From an uncultured Victivallales bacterium (lineage in GTDB: Bacteria > Verrucomicrobiota > Lentisphaeria > Victivallales > JAADHT01): a stretch of 38,283 bases of DNA. The notes beneath the pieces are model-generated. The model was given only the letters and a program-made list of their open reading frames with translations. It had not been told where the DNA came from and made no database searches. The position numbers and the translations under genes were made by a program. Location of the stretch: the NCBI GenBank assembly GCA_964486565.1, contig CAZANS010000001.1, positions 1 to 38,283 of the forward strand. Direction: 5' to 3'. Below, piece after piece: positions 23,903 to 34,028 of the stretch (position 1 is its first letter; every line of letters begins with the position of its first letter).

Positions 23903-23995
23903 TCAAGTGCGACTTGGGAATTGCTGTCCCCCGCCGATCAAATAATTCAGTTCGGCTGGCTTGTTTAATCAAGACCTGGTGCTACAGTAGGCCGC

Positions 23996-25090
23996 ATGAA
24001 AATCTTGAATTGGTATGTCACTAAAAATTTTATCCTGACACTGATTGTCGCGAACATCATCGTCGTCTTCGGGGTGATGGGAGCCCGGACGCTAAGGATA
24101 TTCGAGGCCATATCGCGAGGCGTGCCGATCTCAGACGCCCTGCTGGCCCTGGCGCATTTTTTGCCATATTCGCTTTCCATAACAATCCCCGTAGGCATGC
24201 TTGTGGCCACCATGCTCGTGTTCGGCAGGCTTTCGGCCAACAACGAGATCACCGCAATGAGGGCATGCGGCATATCCATCCTGCAGATCATCTCCCCGTT
24301 GATGATCCTTGCCTTCACCCTATCCTGCCTGTGCCTCTATCTCCAGCTCGTCATGGGGCCGAAATACGCGGGAAGGGCCAAGGACATACTCAGGTCAATT
24401 GCAGTGACCAGACCTCTCTCGATCATCGAGCCCGGTGCATGGATCGAGTACCAGGGCAACAACATATTCATCGGCAACACATCGCACGACAACACGATTA
24501 AGGATGTGCAGATATTCCAGTTTGCGAAGAAAACCGGCAGGCTCAACAAGGACGTGACCGCGTCGTCAGGGCAGATCGTGCTCGACGACGAGGAGCAGTT
24601 CATGAGGATTGAGCTTTTCGATGCCTCCATAGTCCAGTATGAAGAGGACAGGAACCAGCCGCAACGCACATTCACTGAGAAATTCGAGTTGAGTCTGGAC
24701 TATGGTAAGCAGGCGAACGACATAAGGATCGCCAAAAGCGTGAGTGAGCTGACCTACAAGGAGATATTCGGGAGGATAATAATGTTCAGGAAGCGGGGCA
24801 TGCCGACCATCCGGCTCGAGCTGAAGCTGAACCAGCAACTTGCGCTGGGCCTTGCTCCGATAGCATTCCTCCTGCTGGGAATGCCTCTGGCGATCAGGAC
24901 ATCCAGGCGCGAGACTTCAATCGGGCTGATAATAAGCGTAGGGCTTGCCGGGGTATATTTCATCTCGATAATGGTGTTCGACGCATTCTACATGTATCCG
25001 GACTGGCATCCGCAGGTGCTTCTTTGGATACCCAACGTGCTGTACCAGGTTGGCGGTGCATTTTTTATTTGGAGACTTTCGACAAGGTAG
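23996..25090 (+). CDS. LptF/LptG-family LPS export permease
   Basis: MKILNWYVTKNFILTLIV......FLPYSLSITIPVGMLVATMLVFGRLSANNEITAMRACGIS is the canonical YjgP/YjgQ N-terminus. Six-TM layout with a central periplasmic domain. Confidence 0.9.
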   Translation: MKILNWYVTKNFILTLIVANIIVVFGVMGARTLRIFEAISRGVPISDALLALAHFLPYSLSITIPVGMLVATMLVFGRLSANNEITAMRACGISILQIISPLMILAFTLSCLCLYLQLVMGPKYAGRAKDILRSIAVTRPLSIIEPGAWIEYQGNNIFIGNTSHDNTIKDVQIFQFAKKTGRLNKDVTASSGQIVLDDEEQFMRIELFDASIVQYEEDRNQPQRTFTEKFELSLDYGKQANDIRIAKSVSELTYKEIFGRIIMFRKRGMPTIRLELKLNQQLALGLAPIAFLLLGMPLAIRTSRRETSIGLIISVGLAGVYFISIMVFDAFYMYPDWHPQVLLWIPNVLYQVGGAFFIWRLSTR

Positions 25091-25094
25091 GACT

Positions 25095-26420
<1,326 letters not shown>

Positions 26421-26452
26421 AGCGGCAGCACCGCAGTCCAAAAGAAGGCATT

Positions 26453-26510
26453 GCCGTCGGATTATGCGCCGCAGGCTCTGGAGTGCGCAACTACTTTTAG
26501 TTGCGCTTTG
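26453..26510 (+). repeat. Interspersed repeat family R1, copy 1, carrying an 8-bp hairpin plus a T-rich tail (a likely thrC terminator)
   Basis: gccgtcggattatgcgccgcaggctctggagtGCGCAACTacttttAGTTGCGCtttgatttgg. It is nearly identical to the reverse complement of 29222-29280 except in the hairpin loop. Confidence 0.8.
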
Positions 26511-26659
26511 ATTTGGTTCCAGCCATAGGGCTTGCGATCCTATTGCGTTTCACGCCGGAACGCGGGTAGTCCGTCACCGATTACCCTAAATGAAGCAGTT
26601 AAATCTCAAAAATGACAGTTAACATATTTGTATATAACACGTTAAGGTTATATCTCTTT

Positions 26660-27211
26660 TCACCTTCTCGCCGCGACCAGCTCGGCCCTGCGGTTTTTAG
26701 ACCAAACGGCCTCCCCGCTCCCGGTGACGGCGGGCTTCTCCTCGCCATAGCTTATGGTCTGGATGCGGCTCTGCTCTATGCCGTTGCCAACCAGATAGTC
26801 CTTCACTGAAAGAGCACGTCTTTCACCCAAGGATCTGTTGTACTCGACACTCCCGCGGTCGTCGCAGTGCCCCTCGATGATAAGCCCGATACCCGCATTG
26901 GACTTCAGATAAGAGGCGACTTGATCCAGCTTCATCCGCTCGCTCGTGCCGATGGCATCTCTGTCGTAGGAGAAGTAAATCGTAGGCAAGTTTATGCCGG
27001 GAATTGGCGCCCATTCCCCCGAGGTAGAAATTCCCATTCCCGGTTCGCTCCAGTCGCCGGGGACGAACTCCGGGTCGCCCACGAAGTCAATACTTGCCGG
27101 ATCTTCTGGCGCATCGCCCCATCCGAAGAAATCCTTGACTGTGCTGCAAGCCGAAGCAAGCACCAGCACCGAAAACGCCGCCGCCAGAAGCCTTAACCGA
27201 GCTGCCTTCAT
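26660..27211 (-). CDS. pal: Peptidoglycan-associated lipoprotein (OmpA-family C-terminal domain)
   Basis: Lipobox LVLASAC. OmpA-like motif IYFSYDRDAI......L..VASYLK......L.IEGHCDDRGS.EYN..LGERRA..V..YL...G.......ISYGEE.P. Confidence 0.9.
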   Translation of the reverse strand: MKAARLRLLAAAFSVLVLASACSTVKDFFGWGDAPEDPASIDFVGDPEFVPGDWSEPGMGISTSGEWAPIPGINLPTIYFSYDRDAIGTSERMKLDQVASYLKSNAGIGLIIEGHCDDRGSVEYNRSLGERRALSVKDYLVGNGIEQSRIQTISYGEEKPAVTGSGEAVWSKNRRAELVAARR

Positions 27212-27462
27212 GAGTTTTTTCCTTGATTAAACCTATAGATTGAAACATTCAGCCACGAAACGAAAATACCCGCAAGGCATAAACTTATCTGCAAAGACAG
27301 GAATTACAAGCCTGCAAATGAAAAGGGCGGGAATTTTTCAGATAATCGGGTGATTTTGGAGGATTAGGTTTGATTCTGCGGGTTGAGGTAATATACTTAC
27401 GCCCCCGGGTTTTGCCAGGGCAGGAAAAGATGTTTGATGAATGATTATCTGGAAACAGCGCT

Positions 27463-28476
27463 ATGCTCAACATTGACTGGAACAAACTGAAATTCGAGTA
27501 TCTACCGACCAAGGCAAACGTAAGGTACACTTTTGCCGACGGCAGATGGGGTCAAGGCCGTGTCCATGAGGACCAGCATATCCCCTTGCACATCGCGGCC
27601 ACCTGCATACACTACGGGCAGGCATGCTTCGAGGGGCTGAAGGCCTTCGCCTGCAAGGACGGGATTGTCCGGGTTTTCCGTCCGGGGGAAAACGCCAGGC
27701 GCCTTTCGTCCAGCTCGGAATATCTCCTCGGGCCGGCGGTCCCGGAGGAACTCTTCATTGATGCGGTCAGGAAGGTTGTCGGAGAAAACCGCGACTATAT
27801 ACCCCCTCACGGCACTGGCGGCGCGCTGTATATCCGCCCGGTGCTGATCGGCACATCCCCGCGCCTGGGGGTTTCGCCAAGCGACTCATACGAGCTGATT
27901 TTCCTGTCTATCCCGGTCGGCGCGTACTACAAGGAGGGGATAACCCCTGTCAACGCCATGATAATGGAAAACTTCGACCGCACCGCGCCGATGGGCTCAG
28001 GACACGTCAAAGTCGCCGGAAACTACGGCACCAGCCTCAAGCCCTCGAAGTTCGCGAGAGACCTTGGCTACCCCATCAGTCTTTATCTTGATGCCGCCAC
28101 CCACAATTTCATCGAGGAGTTCGGCACAAGCAACTTCGTGGGGATAAAGGGTGACGACGTATATGTCACGCCGGATTCGGCATCGGTGCTTCCGAGCATA
28201 ACGAACGACTCGCTGATGATCCTTGCCAAAGACGAAGGCATGGATGTGCAGAAGCGGCCTGTGCATCTGGACGAGCTTCCGGAGTTCTCCGAGGTCGGCG
28301 CCTGCGGCACGGCGGTGGTCATAACCCCGATACACAAGCTGGTACACGGCGGCAAGGTGTACAAGTACGGCGACGGGCATAGCTGCGGCAAGATTCTGCA
28401 GAAGCTCTACGACACGATCACCTCGATACAGCGCGGCGAGTCGCCCGACACCTACGGCTGGATGCTGGAGGTCTGA
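27463..28476 (+). CDS. ilvE: Branched-chain amino acid aminotransferase
   Basis: Contains LHYGQACFEGLKAF...G....FRP..NA.R...S........P, YIRP and G..K..GNY......, typical of fold-type IV long-form IlvE. Confidence 0.95.
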   Translation: MLNIDWNKLKFEYLPTKANVRYTFADGRWGQGRVHEDQHIPLHIAATCIHYGQACFEGLKAFACKDGIVRVFRPGENARRLSSSSEYLLGPAVPEELFIDAVRKVVGENRDYIPPHGTGGALYIRPVLIGTSPRLGVSPSDSYELIFLSIPVGAYYKEGITPVNAMIMENFDRTAPMGSGHVKVAGNYGTSLKPSKFARDLGYPISLYLDAATHNFIEEFGTSNFVGIKGDDVYVTPDSASVLPSITNDSLMILAKDEGMDVQKRPVHLDELPEFSEVGACGTAVVITPIHKLVHGGKVYKYGDGHSCGKILQKLYDTITSIQRGESPDTYGWMLEV

Positions 28477-28482
28477 CCTCCA

Positions 28483-29307
28483 ATGAGAAGCATCTCCGAG
28501 ATAGTCTCCGACCTGGAGAGAGGGGAAATTGATCTGCTGGTCGCTTTCTCAGAGCTGAACTTGAAGCCATGCCAAGGCGATGTTGACCTCGACCTTTCCA
28601 GAAGAAAGAGATGCGGTTTGCCGGAATTCATATTTGGGCAGGGGAAGACTCTCGGGCAGTTGAGAGGAATTGTCGAGCGTCTTTCTGCCGTCGGCGAGCC
28701 GGTGCTGATAACCAGGATATCCCTCGCTTCCGGAGAGGCACTTGCAACTGAGTTCCCCGACTCAATCCATGACCCCCAGCCCGGCATTTTCCTCCTGCCG
28801 GGGAAAAAATCCGCGAAATCCGCAAAAGGCATGGTGATCATCGCCGCAGCAGGGACGACCGACATGCCAGTGGCGCTGGAGGCAAAATACACCCTCGACG
28901 CCTGCGGATGCGGATGCCAAATGATCCCCGACTGCGGCGTGGCGGGCCTCGGGAGGCTGCTCGCAAGGACATCTCTGCTCAGAAAGGCCGACGTGGTCAT
29001 CGCGGTCGCGGGCATGGAGGGCGCACTCCCAAGCGTCGTCGGAGGCTTGGTAAGCTGCCCCGTCATCGCCGTGCCCACAAGCGTCGGGTACGGCGCCTCC
29101 CTCGGAGGACTCGCAGCCCTCCTGTCCATGCTGAACAGTTGCGCCAGCGGCGTGACTGTGACCAACATTGACAACGGCTTCGGCGCCGCATGCGCGGCGG
29201 CAAGGATAATAAACTCAAAAGCCAAAGCGCAACTGGAAAAGTTGCGCACTCCAGAGCCTGCGGCGCATGATCCGACGGCGAGGCCCCCGTCCCTCCCAAA
29301 AACATGA
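28483..29307 (+). CDS. larB: Nickel-pincer cofactor biosynthesis protein LarB (AIR-carboxylase-like)
   Basis: Contains D..R..R.G.PE.I.G.GKT, AAGT(T/S)DMPVA.EA, VAG.HRL-type loop, AVAGMEGALPSVVGGL...PVIAVPTSVGYGAS.GGLAALL.MLNSC..GV.V.NIDNGFGAA. The last roughly 30 codons are encoded by repeats R1 and R3. Confidence 0.9.
   Translation: MRSISEIVSDLERGEIDLLVAFSELNLKPCQGDVDLDLSRRKRCGLPEFIFGQGKTLGQLRGIVERLSAVGEPVLITRISLASGEALATEFPDSIHDPQPGIFLLPGKKSAKSAKGMVIIAAAGTTDMPVALEAKYTLDACGCGCQMIPDCGVAGLGRLLARTSLLRKADVVIAVAGMEGALPSVVGGLVSCPVIAVPTSVGYGASLGGLAALLSMLNSCASGVTVTNIDNGFGAACAAARIINSKAKAQLEKLRTPEPAAHDPTARPPSLPKT
28811..28825. repeat. Variant of the iterated palindrome
   Basis: ccgcgaaatccgcaa, inside larB, read as S-A-K-S-A-K. 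Confidence 0.6.
29222..29280 (-). repeat. Interspersed repeat family R1, copy 2 (inverted relative to copy 1); on the minus strand the hairpin and T-rich tail lie downstream of dnaB
   Basis: The reverse complement reads cgccgtcggatcatgcgccgcaggctctggagtGCGCAACTtttccAGTTGCGCtttggcttttgagtttatt. The stem is identical to copy 1 and the loop differs. It lies inside the 3' end of the larB ORF on the opposite strand. Confidence 0.8.
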
Positions 29308-29343
29308 ATGGAAGGGAGGGGGAGGTGGGGACGGAGTATTAGT
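29284..29343 (-). repeat. Interspersed repeat family R3, copy 3
   Basis: The reverse complement contains taatactccgtccccacctccccctccc. The plus strand also carries cccccgtccctccc (29285-29298), giving a CCCTCCC/GGGAGGG stem around the larB stop codon. Confidence 0.65.
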
Positions 29344-29397
29344 TTCATTCAAAAGATGACATCCGGGGGGTAAATTGGCTCAGGTTTAAGTGCGGGA

Positions 29398-30879
29398 TCA
29401 GGCAATGGGCTCCACATCGTGGAAGCGGGTTGTGCTCTCGAAGCACATGAGCCTTGGGAAGAATAGAAGGTCTACGTGGCCGGTCCTCCCGTTTCTGTTC
29501 TTCTCTACGATCAGCTCAGCCGGGAGCCCCTTGGTCTGGGCCTCTATGGAGTTGTCTTTCTTGGTGTCCCTCTCGCGGTGGAGAAAGGCGACGATGTCGG
29601 CGTCCTGCTCGATCGCTCCGGACTCGCGGAGGTGGCTCAGCCTAGGCTTGCCCTGAGTTTTCTCGACCTCGCGGTTTAGCTGGGCTAGTACCACCACCGG
29701 CAGGTTCAGCTCCTTCGCAAGCGCCTTGATCCCGGAGGATATCGCGGCGACCTCCTCCTGGCGGTTGTCGCTTCTCACCTCGGCTCTCATGAGCTGGAGA
29801 TAGTCAATGAAAATGACCTGAATGCCATAGAGGGCTTTCATCCTTTGCGCTTTGGAGCGAAGCTCCCGGATCTTGAGCGCCGGTGTGGGATCTATGTAGA
29901 CCTTCGCCTCGCAGAGCCTTGAGGCGGCTGCAGTTATCTTGCTGATTTTATTGTTCAATATCTGCCCCTCATAGAAGTCTTGCTCAGAGTAGCCGCATTC
30001 TGCGCAGAGGAGTCTTCTGGAGAGCTGTTCTGCGGTCATCTCCAGGCTGAAGAAGCCGACAGCCCGTCTTTTCGAGTCCATGGTGATGTTCCTGACGAGG
30101 TTGAGGGCGAACGCGGTCTTGCCGATGGAAGGTCTTGCTGCCAGGACGAACATCTCGCCGGGCTTCAACCCCATGATAAGCCTGTCGAGGTCGGCGTATT
30201 TTGTCGGCACCCCGGTGGTGGACTCGTCCTTGTCGGCCAGCTTCATCAGATACTTGAACGCGCTGTTGCCGTTCTTGTTGTCAATGAGGGACTTTAAATC
30301 GACTATCTCCGCCCTGTCCTCCATCGAGCCGATGTCCATGATCTTGCGCTGGACTTCCCCAAGGAGGTTTGAGGCGTCGGCATTGGGCTTGTGGCAGTCC
30401 TCTCTGATCAGGTCGCAGGTTACGATAAGATTGCGCACTATGGCACAATCTCTCACGAGCTTGGACCATGACTCTAAGTTGACAGTCGTGGCGATAGAAC
30501 TCATAAGCTGGAGAAGGTAGTCCTGACCGCCTATCTCGTCGAGCCATTTTTTGGTTTTAAGCGTGTGCGAAAGGGATATGAGGTCTATCGGTGCGCCTTC
30601 AGCATGCAGCTCGCACAGGCAGGAGTAAATTCTTTGGTGTCGGAAATTATGGAAGACAGCCTGAGCGGTATCGCCCTGCCTGCGGCCTCTCTTGGGATCG
30701 TCAAAGAAATTTGCCGCGTTGCCGAGGATCTCCATCGCCTGGTCAAGGCAGGGTTTCGGCTCGGAAAGTATGGCGCCGAGGACGGCGGCTTCCGCCTCGT
30801 GGTTGCTGGGCAGCGGCCGATCCTGGTCTATTGTCCCGGGAATCCTGCTCTTCTGCTGAGGCTGCTCGTTATCCGCCAT
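29398..30879 (-). CDS. dnaB: Replicative DNA helicase DnaB
   Basis: P.N.EAE.AVLGAIL at the N-terminus. Walker A ARPSIGKTAFALN, plus IFIDYLQLM, SGIKALAKELN.PVV.LAQLNR and SHLRESG.IEQDAD. Confidence 0.95.
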   Translation of the reverse strand: MADNEQPQQKSRIPGTIDQDRPLPSNHEAEAAVLGAILSEPKPCLDQAMEILGNAANFFDDPKRGRRQGDTAQAVFHNFRHQRIYSCLCELHAEGAPIDLISLSHTLKTKKWLDEIGGQDYLLQLMSSIATTVNLESWSKLVRDCAIVRNLIVTCDLIREDCHKPNADASNLLGEVQRKIMDIGSMEDRAEIVDLKSLIDNKNGNSAFKYLMKLADKDESTTGVPTKYADLDRLIMGLKPGEMFVLAARPSIGKTAFALNLVRNITMDSKRRAVGFFSLEMTAEQLSRRLLCAECGYSEQDFYEGQILNNKISKITAAASRLCEAKVYIDPTPALKIRELRSKAQRMKALYGIQVIFIDYLQLMRAEVRSDNRQEEVAAISSGIKALAKELNLPVVVLAQLNREVEKTQGKPRLSHLRESGAIEQDADIVAFLHRERDTKKDNSIEAQTKGLPAELIVEKNRNGRTGHVDLLFFPRLMCFESTTRFHDVEPIA

Positions 30880-30954
30880 GGATCCGTACCGTATTTACAG
30901 TTTATATTGATCCCGTCAGGGAAGAAGTCGCTGGAGCACTAAAAAAAGTCCTGC

Positions 30955-31404
30955 CTATGCTCTGACAACCCACACCTTCAGACTCGCCGGGACATCATGA
31001 GGCAGCTTTATCTGCACGTGGAACATTCCAAGCTCCCTGATCGGCTCTTCAAGGACCACGCGGCGGCTCTCGATCTCGATTCCTTCAACCGCGAGCGCGT
31101 CCCTGATTATGATTGCGTTGACCGATCCGAACAGCTTCTCGTCATCGCCGGCCTGCATGGGGATAGTCAATTCAGTGGAGGAAATCTTCTCGGCGAGCGT
31201 CATCGCCTTGTCGTGCTCCTCCTTGCGTTTCGCATTAATCCTGTCCTTCCTTGCCTCGATGACTCGAAGCGCTCCGGGAGTGACCTTCTGAGCAAGATTT
31301 CTCGGCAGCAGATAGTTCCGTGCATAGCCTGGGGCTACATTCACCTTGTCACCGGCATCGCCGAGATCCTCGACATCTTCCAGCAGTATAAGTTCCGGGG
31401 CCAT
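30955..31404 (-). CDS. rplI: 50S ribosomal protein L9
   Basis: From the ATG at 31402-31404: M..ELILLEDVEDLGDAGDKVNVAPGYARNYLLPRNLA. The track ORF adds 19 unlikely N-terminal codons. Confidence 0.9.
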   Translation of the reverse strand: MAPELILLEDVEDLGDAGDKVNVAPGYARNYLLPRNLAQKVTPGALRVIEARKDRINAKRKEEHDKAMTLAEKISSTELTIPMQAGDDEKLFGSVNAIIIRDALAVEGIEIESRRVVLEEPIRELGMFHVQIKLPHDVPASLKVWVVRA

Positions 31405-31491
31405 TTTAAAAGTCTCCTGTTGTGAATTTAGATTTACCGCCCGGGAAAGACAGCCTGACAAATCCGCGGCACCCGGGCACGGGACGTTTTT

Positions 31492-31728
31492 TTACAAAAC
31501 AAGTCCGATCTCACGTGCCCTCTTCACTGCTGAAGCGAGCATCTTCTGGTGATCCGTGCAAGTCCCGGTGATCCTTCTGGGCTGGATCTTGCCCTTCTCC
31601 GTCTGAAACTTGCGCAGAGTCTCCAAATCCATGAAGTCAATGTACTTCACTCCAATTTCGCAGAACTTGCAAACCTTGGGTCTCAGAATCTTCCTGCGCC
31701 TCTTACGTTGGTTCTTGTCGATCGGCAT
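31492..31728 (-). CDS. rpsR: 30S ribosomal protein S18
   Basis: Contains CKFCE......IDF.D...L.KF....GKI.PRRITG.C...Q..L..A.KRAR..GL. Confidence 0.95.
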   Translation of the reverse strand: MPIDKNQRKRRRKILRPKVCKFCEIGVKYIDFMDLETLRKFQTEKGKIQPRRITGTCTDHQKMLASAVKRAREIGLVL

Positions 31729-31772
31729 TTTTTTCTCCTATCAGCATATTATATTGTTGTATCCGGGCACTG

Positions 31773-32324
31773 TCAGAACGGGACATCGTCCTCCGACGAG
31801 TCATCCGGGTTGAAGGAGCCCTCAGGTGGCTCCGGAGGATGCACATCCTCTTCAGGTGCCGGGCCTGGCATCTGTGCAGGGCGCGGCTGGGCTCCTGCCT
31901 GTGGGGGTGCGGCGGCTCCTCTGTTCTGGGAGTAAGCACCTCGCCCCTGATCAGAATAGGCAGGGGTATTGTCGTCGTCAGGGGCATCCCTCCTCGGGCT
32001 CCCGATAAACTGCACCCGCTCGCCGACAACACGCAGCTTCGATCTCGGGCTCCCGGTGGTCTTGTCCTCCCATGAGTCAAGCTGCAGACGCCCCTCTACA
32101 AAAACGGGGCTGCCCTTCTCGAGGTACCTGTTAACGGTTTCCGCCTGTTTCCCCCATACGTTGATGTCAACAAAACAAGTCTCCTCCTTCTGCTCCCCGT
32201 TGACCGTGTACCTCCTGTTCATCGCCAGGCCGAACTCGGCCACCGCAGAACCTCCAGGAGTATACCTGAGCTCAGGATTCCTCGTCAGATTGCCCATCAG
32301 AATAACCTTGTTGAATGAAGCCAT
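31773..32324 (-). CDS. ssb: Single-stranded DNA-binding protein
   Basis: MASFNKVILMGNLTRNPELRYTPGGSAVAEFGLAMNRRY, a G/P/Q-rich linker, and an acidic tail DDVPF. Confidence 0.95.
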   Translation of the reverse strand: MASFNKVILMGNLTRNPELRYTPGGSAVAEFGLAMNRRYTVNGEQKEETCFVDINVWGKQAETVNRYLEKGSPVFVEGRLQLDSWEDKTTGSPRSKLRVVGERVQFIGSPRRDAPDDDNTPAYSDQGRGAYSQNRGAAAPPQAGAQPRPAQMPGPAPEEDVHPPEPPEGSFNPDDSSEDDVPF

Positions 32325-32354
32325 GTCAAAATCTCCCTTACTCCATCTGTGGTG

Positions 32355-32678
32355 TTAATCCTCTACTGGCCTAGTCTGCTCCGGGCGGTCATAGTTGAAG
32401 GACTGAAGCCTCAAAACACGCTCGTCAAGGCGATATTTTCCCCTGATCGCCCTTTCCAGCTCTGGTTTGAGTTCGTAGACCACATCCAGATAGATGCCCG
32501 TCTTCCTCTTCCTCAACTCTCTGGCGAATTGCTTGCGTCCAAGGTTCACGCCTTGGATCACCTTGCCCTTGAACTCCTCTTTGAGCGTCTTGACGAACTC
32601 CTCTAGAAAGTTGTTGCCGTCGTCCCCGACAGCCTTCTCGTCAAGAATAACCACTGTCTCGTACTTTTTCAAAACCAT
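32355..32678 (-). CDS. rpsF: 30S ribosomal protein S6
   Basis: M.LKKYETVVILD..... fits the S6 N-terminus. The ATG at 32676-32678 is directly preceded by AAGGAGGAA. An alternative ATG at 32697-32699 (track start) overlaps pth by 14 nt and lacks an RBS. Confidence 0.85.
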   Translation of the reverse strand: MVLKKYETVVILDEKAVGDDGNNFLEEFVKTLKEEFKGKVIQGVNLGRKQFARELRKRKTGIYLDVVYELKPELERAIRGKYRLDERVLRLQSFNYDRPEQTRPVED

Positions 32679-32685
32679 TTCCTCC

Positions 32686-33291
32686 TTATCGCTTGTCATG
32701 GCTTATGCCGTTATATTCGTTCATCGCTGCATCTAGTCCGCGGTACAGAGCCAGCTTGACGGCGTCGGCGGCGGTCTCAAGCGCCAAGCCGAACACCTCC
32801 TTGTCATGCTCGTCGTCGAAGTCTCTGAGCACATGACTTGACTGGTCGGGGCACTCACCCCTGCCGATTCCGACACGGACTCTTGCGAAATCCGCAGAGC
32901 CGAGCCCGGCGATCACAGACTCGACTCCGTTGTGCCCTCCGGCTCCTCCGTCCTTACGTATCCTTATTTTCCCCAAAGGGATATCCATGTCGTCATAAAC
33001 GACCAATACCTCCCGGGGTGCCAGCCCAGCCGCGTTTGCAATCCTCGACACGGCCCCGCCGCTGAGGTTCATGTAGGTCTGCGGCTTCGCCAGCAGAAGC
33101 CTCGAGCCTTTGCAATTGCCTTCCCATAGCTCAGCATTGCATCTCAGGCCGCTTTTGAACCGGCCCCTGAGCCTAGTGAAAAGCCTGTCGAGGACCATGA
33201 AGCCCGCGTTGTGCCTGGTCGCGGCGTAGGACTTTCCGGGGTTGCCCAGGCCGACCACCAGCCTTATCCTGTCTTGAGACCCGTTTCCCAT
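32686..33291 (-). CDS. pth: Peptidyl-tRNA hydrolase
   Basis: Contains LVVGLGNPG..Y..TRHN.GF.V.D.L, YMN.SG and GG..GHNG..S. Confidence 0.95.
   Translation of the reverse strand: MGNGSQDRIRLVVGLGNPGKSYAATRHNAGFMVLDRLFTRLRGRFKSGLRCNAELWEGNCKGSRLLLAKPQTYMNLSGGAVSRIANAAGLAPREVLVVYDDMDIPLGKIRIRKDGGAGGHNGVESVIAGLGSADFARVRVGIGRGECPDQSSHVLRDFDDEHDKEVFGLALETAADAVKLALYRGLDAAMNEYNGISHDKR
32883..32897. repeat. Variant of the iterated palindrome (TTGCGAAATCCGCAG)
   Basis: Identical to the reverse complement of 19303-19317. It lies inside pth, read on the coding strand as S-A-D-F-A-R. Confidence 0.8.
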
Positions 33292-33328
33292 AAGCTCAGC
33301 GGCAGTGTCGGTTCTTGGAAATGCTCAA

Positions 33329-33994
33329 CTATTCCGACGCTTCCTCCTCGCCCTCCTCCTTCTTGTCTCCTCCTACAAGTTCGGGCTCGCCTGCCTCGGG
33401 TGCCCTGGCCACAGCCTCTTCCTCGGGCTCCTTCTCCATCCGCGGCAGGATTATATGCAGCACCGTTTGATCTGGATCAACAAGGGCTTTCACTCCCTCC
33501 GGAAACGCGATGTCTCCGACAAGCACGGCATCGTCGAGCTTGAGATCGGCGATGTCCAAGTCTATCGAGTCAGGAAGTGTGGAAGGAGTACATTCGACCT
33601 CGATCTCATGAAGCTGTATGTCGAGTATGCCGCCTTGGGACAAGCCCGCAGGGGTGCCGTGGGTATGTATTGTGACAAATGCCGTGATGACCTCGTCCAT
33701 CTTGACCTCCAGGAAGTCAAGATGCTTGGTCGTGCCGCTGAGATAGTCGTACTGCTCGTCCTTGATCAGCACAGTCAGCGCATCCCCTTCCTCGGGCTTC
33801 AAGTCCACTATCTGGATCTCCTTCCCGTGTATTGTCCTCCAGTCGCGCGAGCCCACCAGGATATGCCTTGGAGCCGAGCCGTGACCATATACCACCGCCG
33901 GTATGAATCCCTCTTTCCTTGCTCTTCTCGACGCTGCCGTGCCGGAACTGCCGCGCATCTTGACGTTGAATACTTTCCTCTTTTTGCCCGTCAT
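33329..33994 (-). CDS. rplY: 50S ribosomal protein L25 / general stress protein Ctc, with an acidic C-terminal tail
   Basis: Contains R...G...SRR.RKEG.IPAVVYG.G......L.V, H.DF.EV and a long-form Ctc C-domain. It sits in the pth-rplY-prs context. Confidence 0.9.
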   Translation of the reverse strand: MTGKKRKVFNVKMRGSSGTAASRRARKEGFIPAVVYGHGSAPRHILVGSRDWRTIHGKEIQIVDLKPEEGDALTVLIKDEQYDYLSGTTKHLDFLEVKMDEVITAFVTIHTHGTPAGLSQGGILDIQLHEIEVECTPSTLPDSIDLDIADLKLDDAVLVGDIAFPEGVKALVDPDQTVLHIILPRMEKEPEEEAVARAPEAGEPELVGGDKKEEGEEEASE

Positions 33995-34028
33995 TTTAAC
34001 TAATCCTCACAATAGATGATTGATGTTG

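Noticed and set aside
26453-29280. The inverted R1 copies as ends of a composite transposon or invertible segment carrying pal-ilvE-larB
   Set aside because: The enclosed genes are housekeeping, and no transposase or recombinase is present. Each copy is better explained as a terminator-bearing repeat oriented to its own upstream gene (thrC, dnaB). Inversion cannot be excluded without population or long-read data.
28452-29348. 298-aa minus-strand ORF
   Set aside because: It is antisense to larB, whose translation has strong family motifs. The minus-strand product is A/P/S-rich with no recognisable features.
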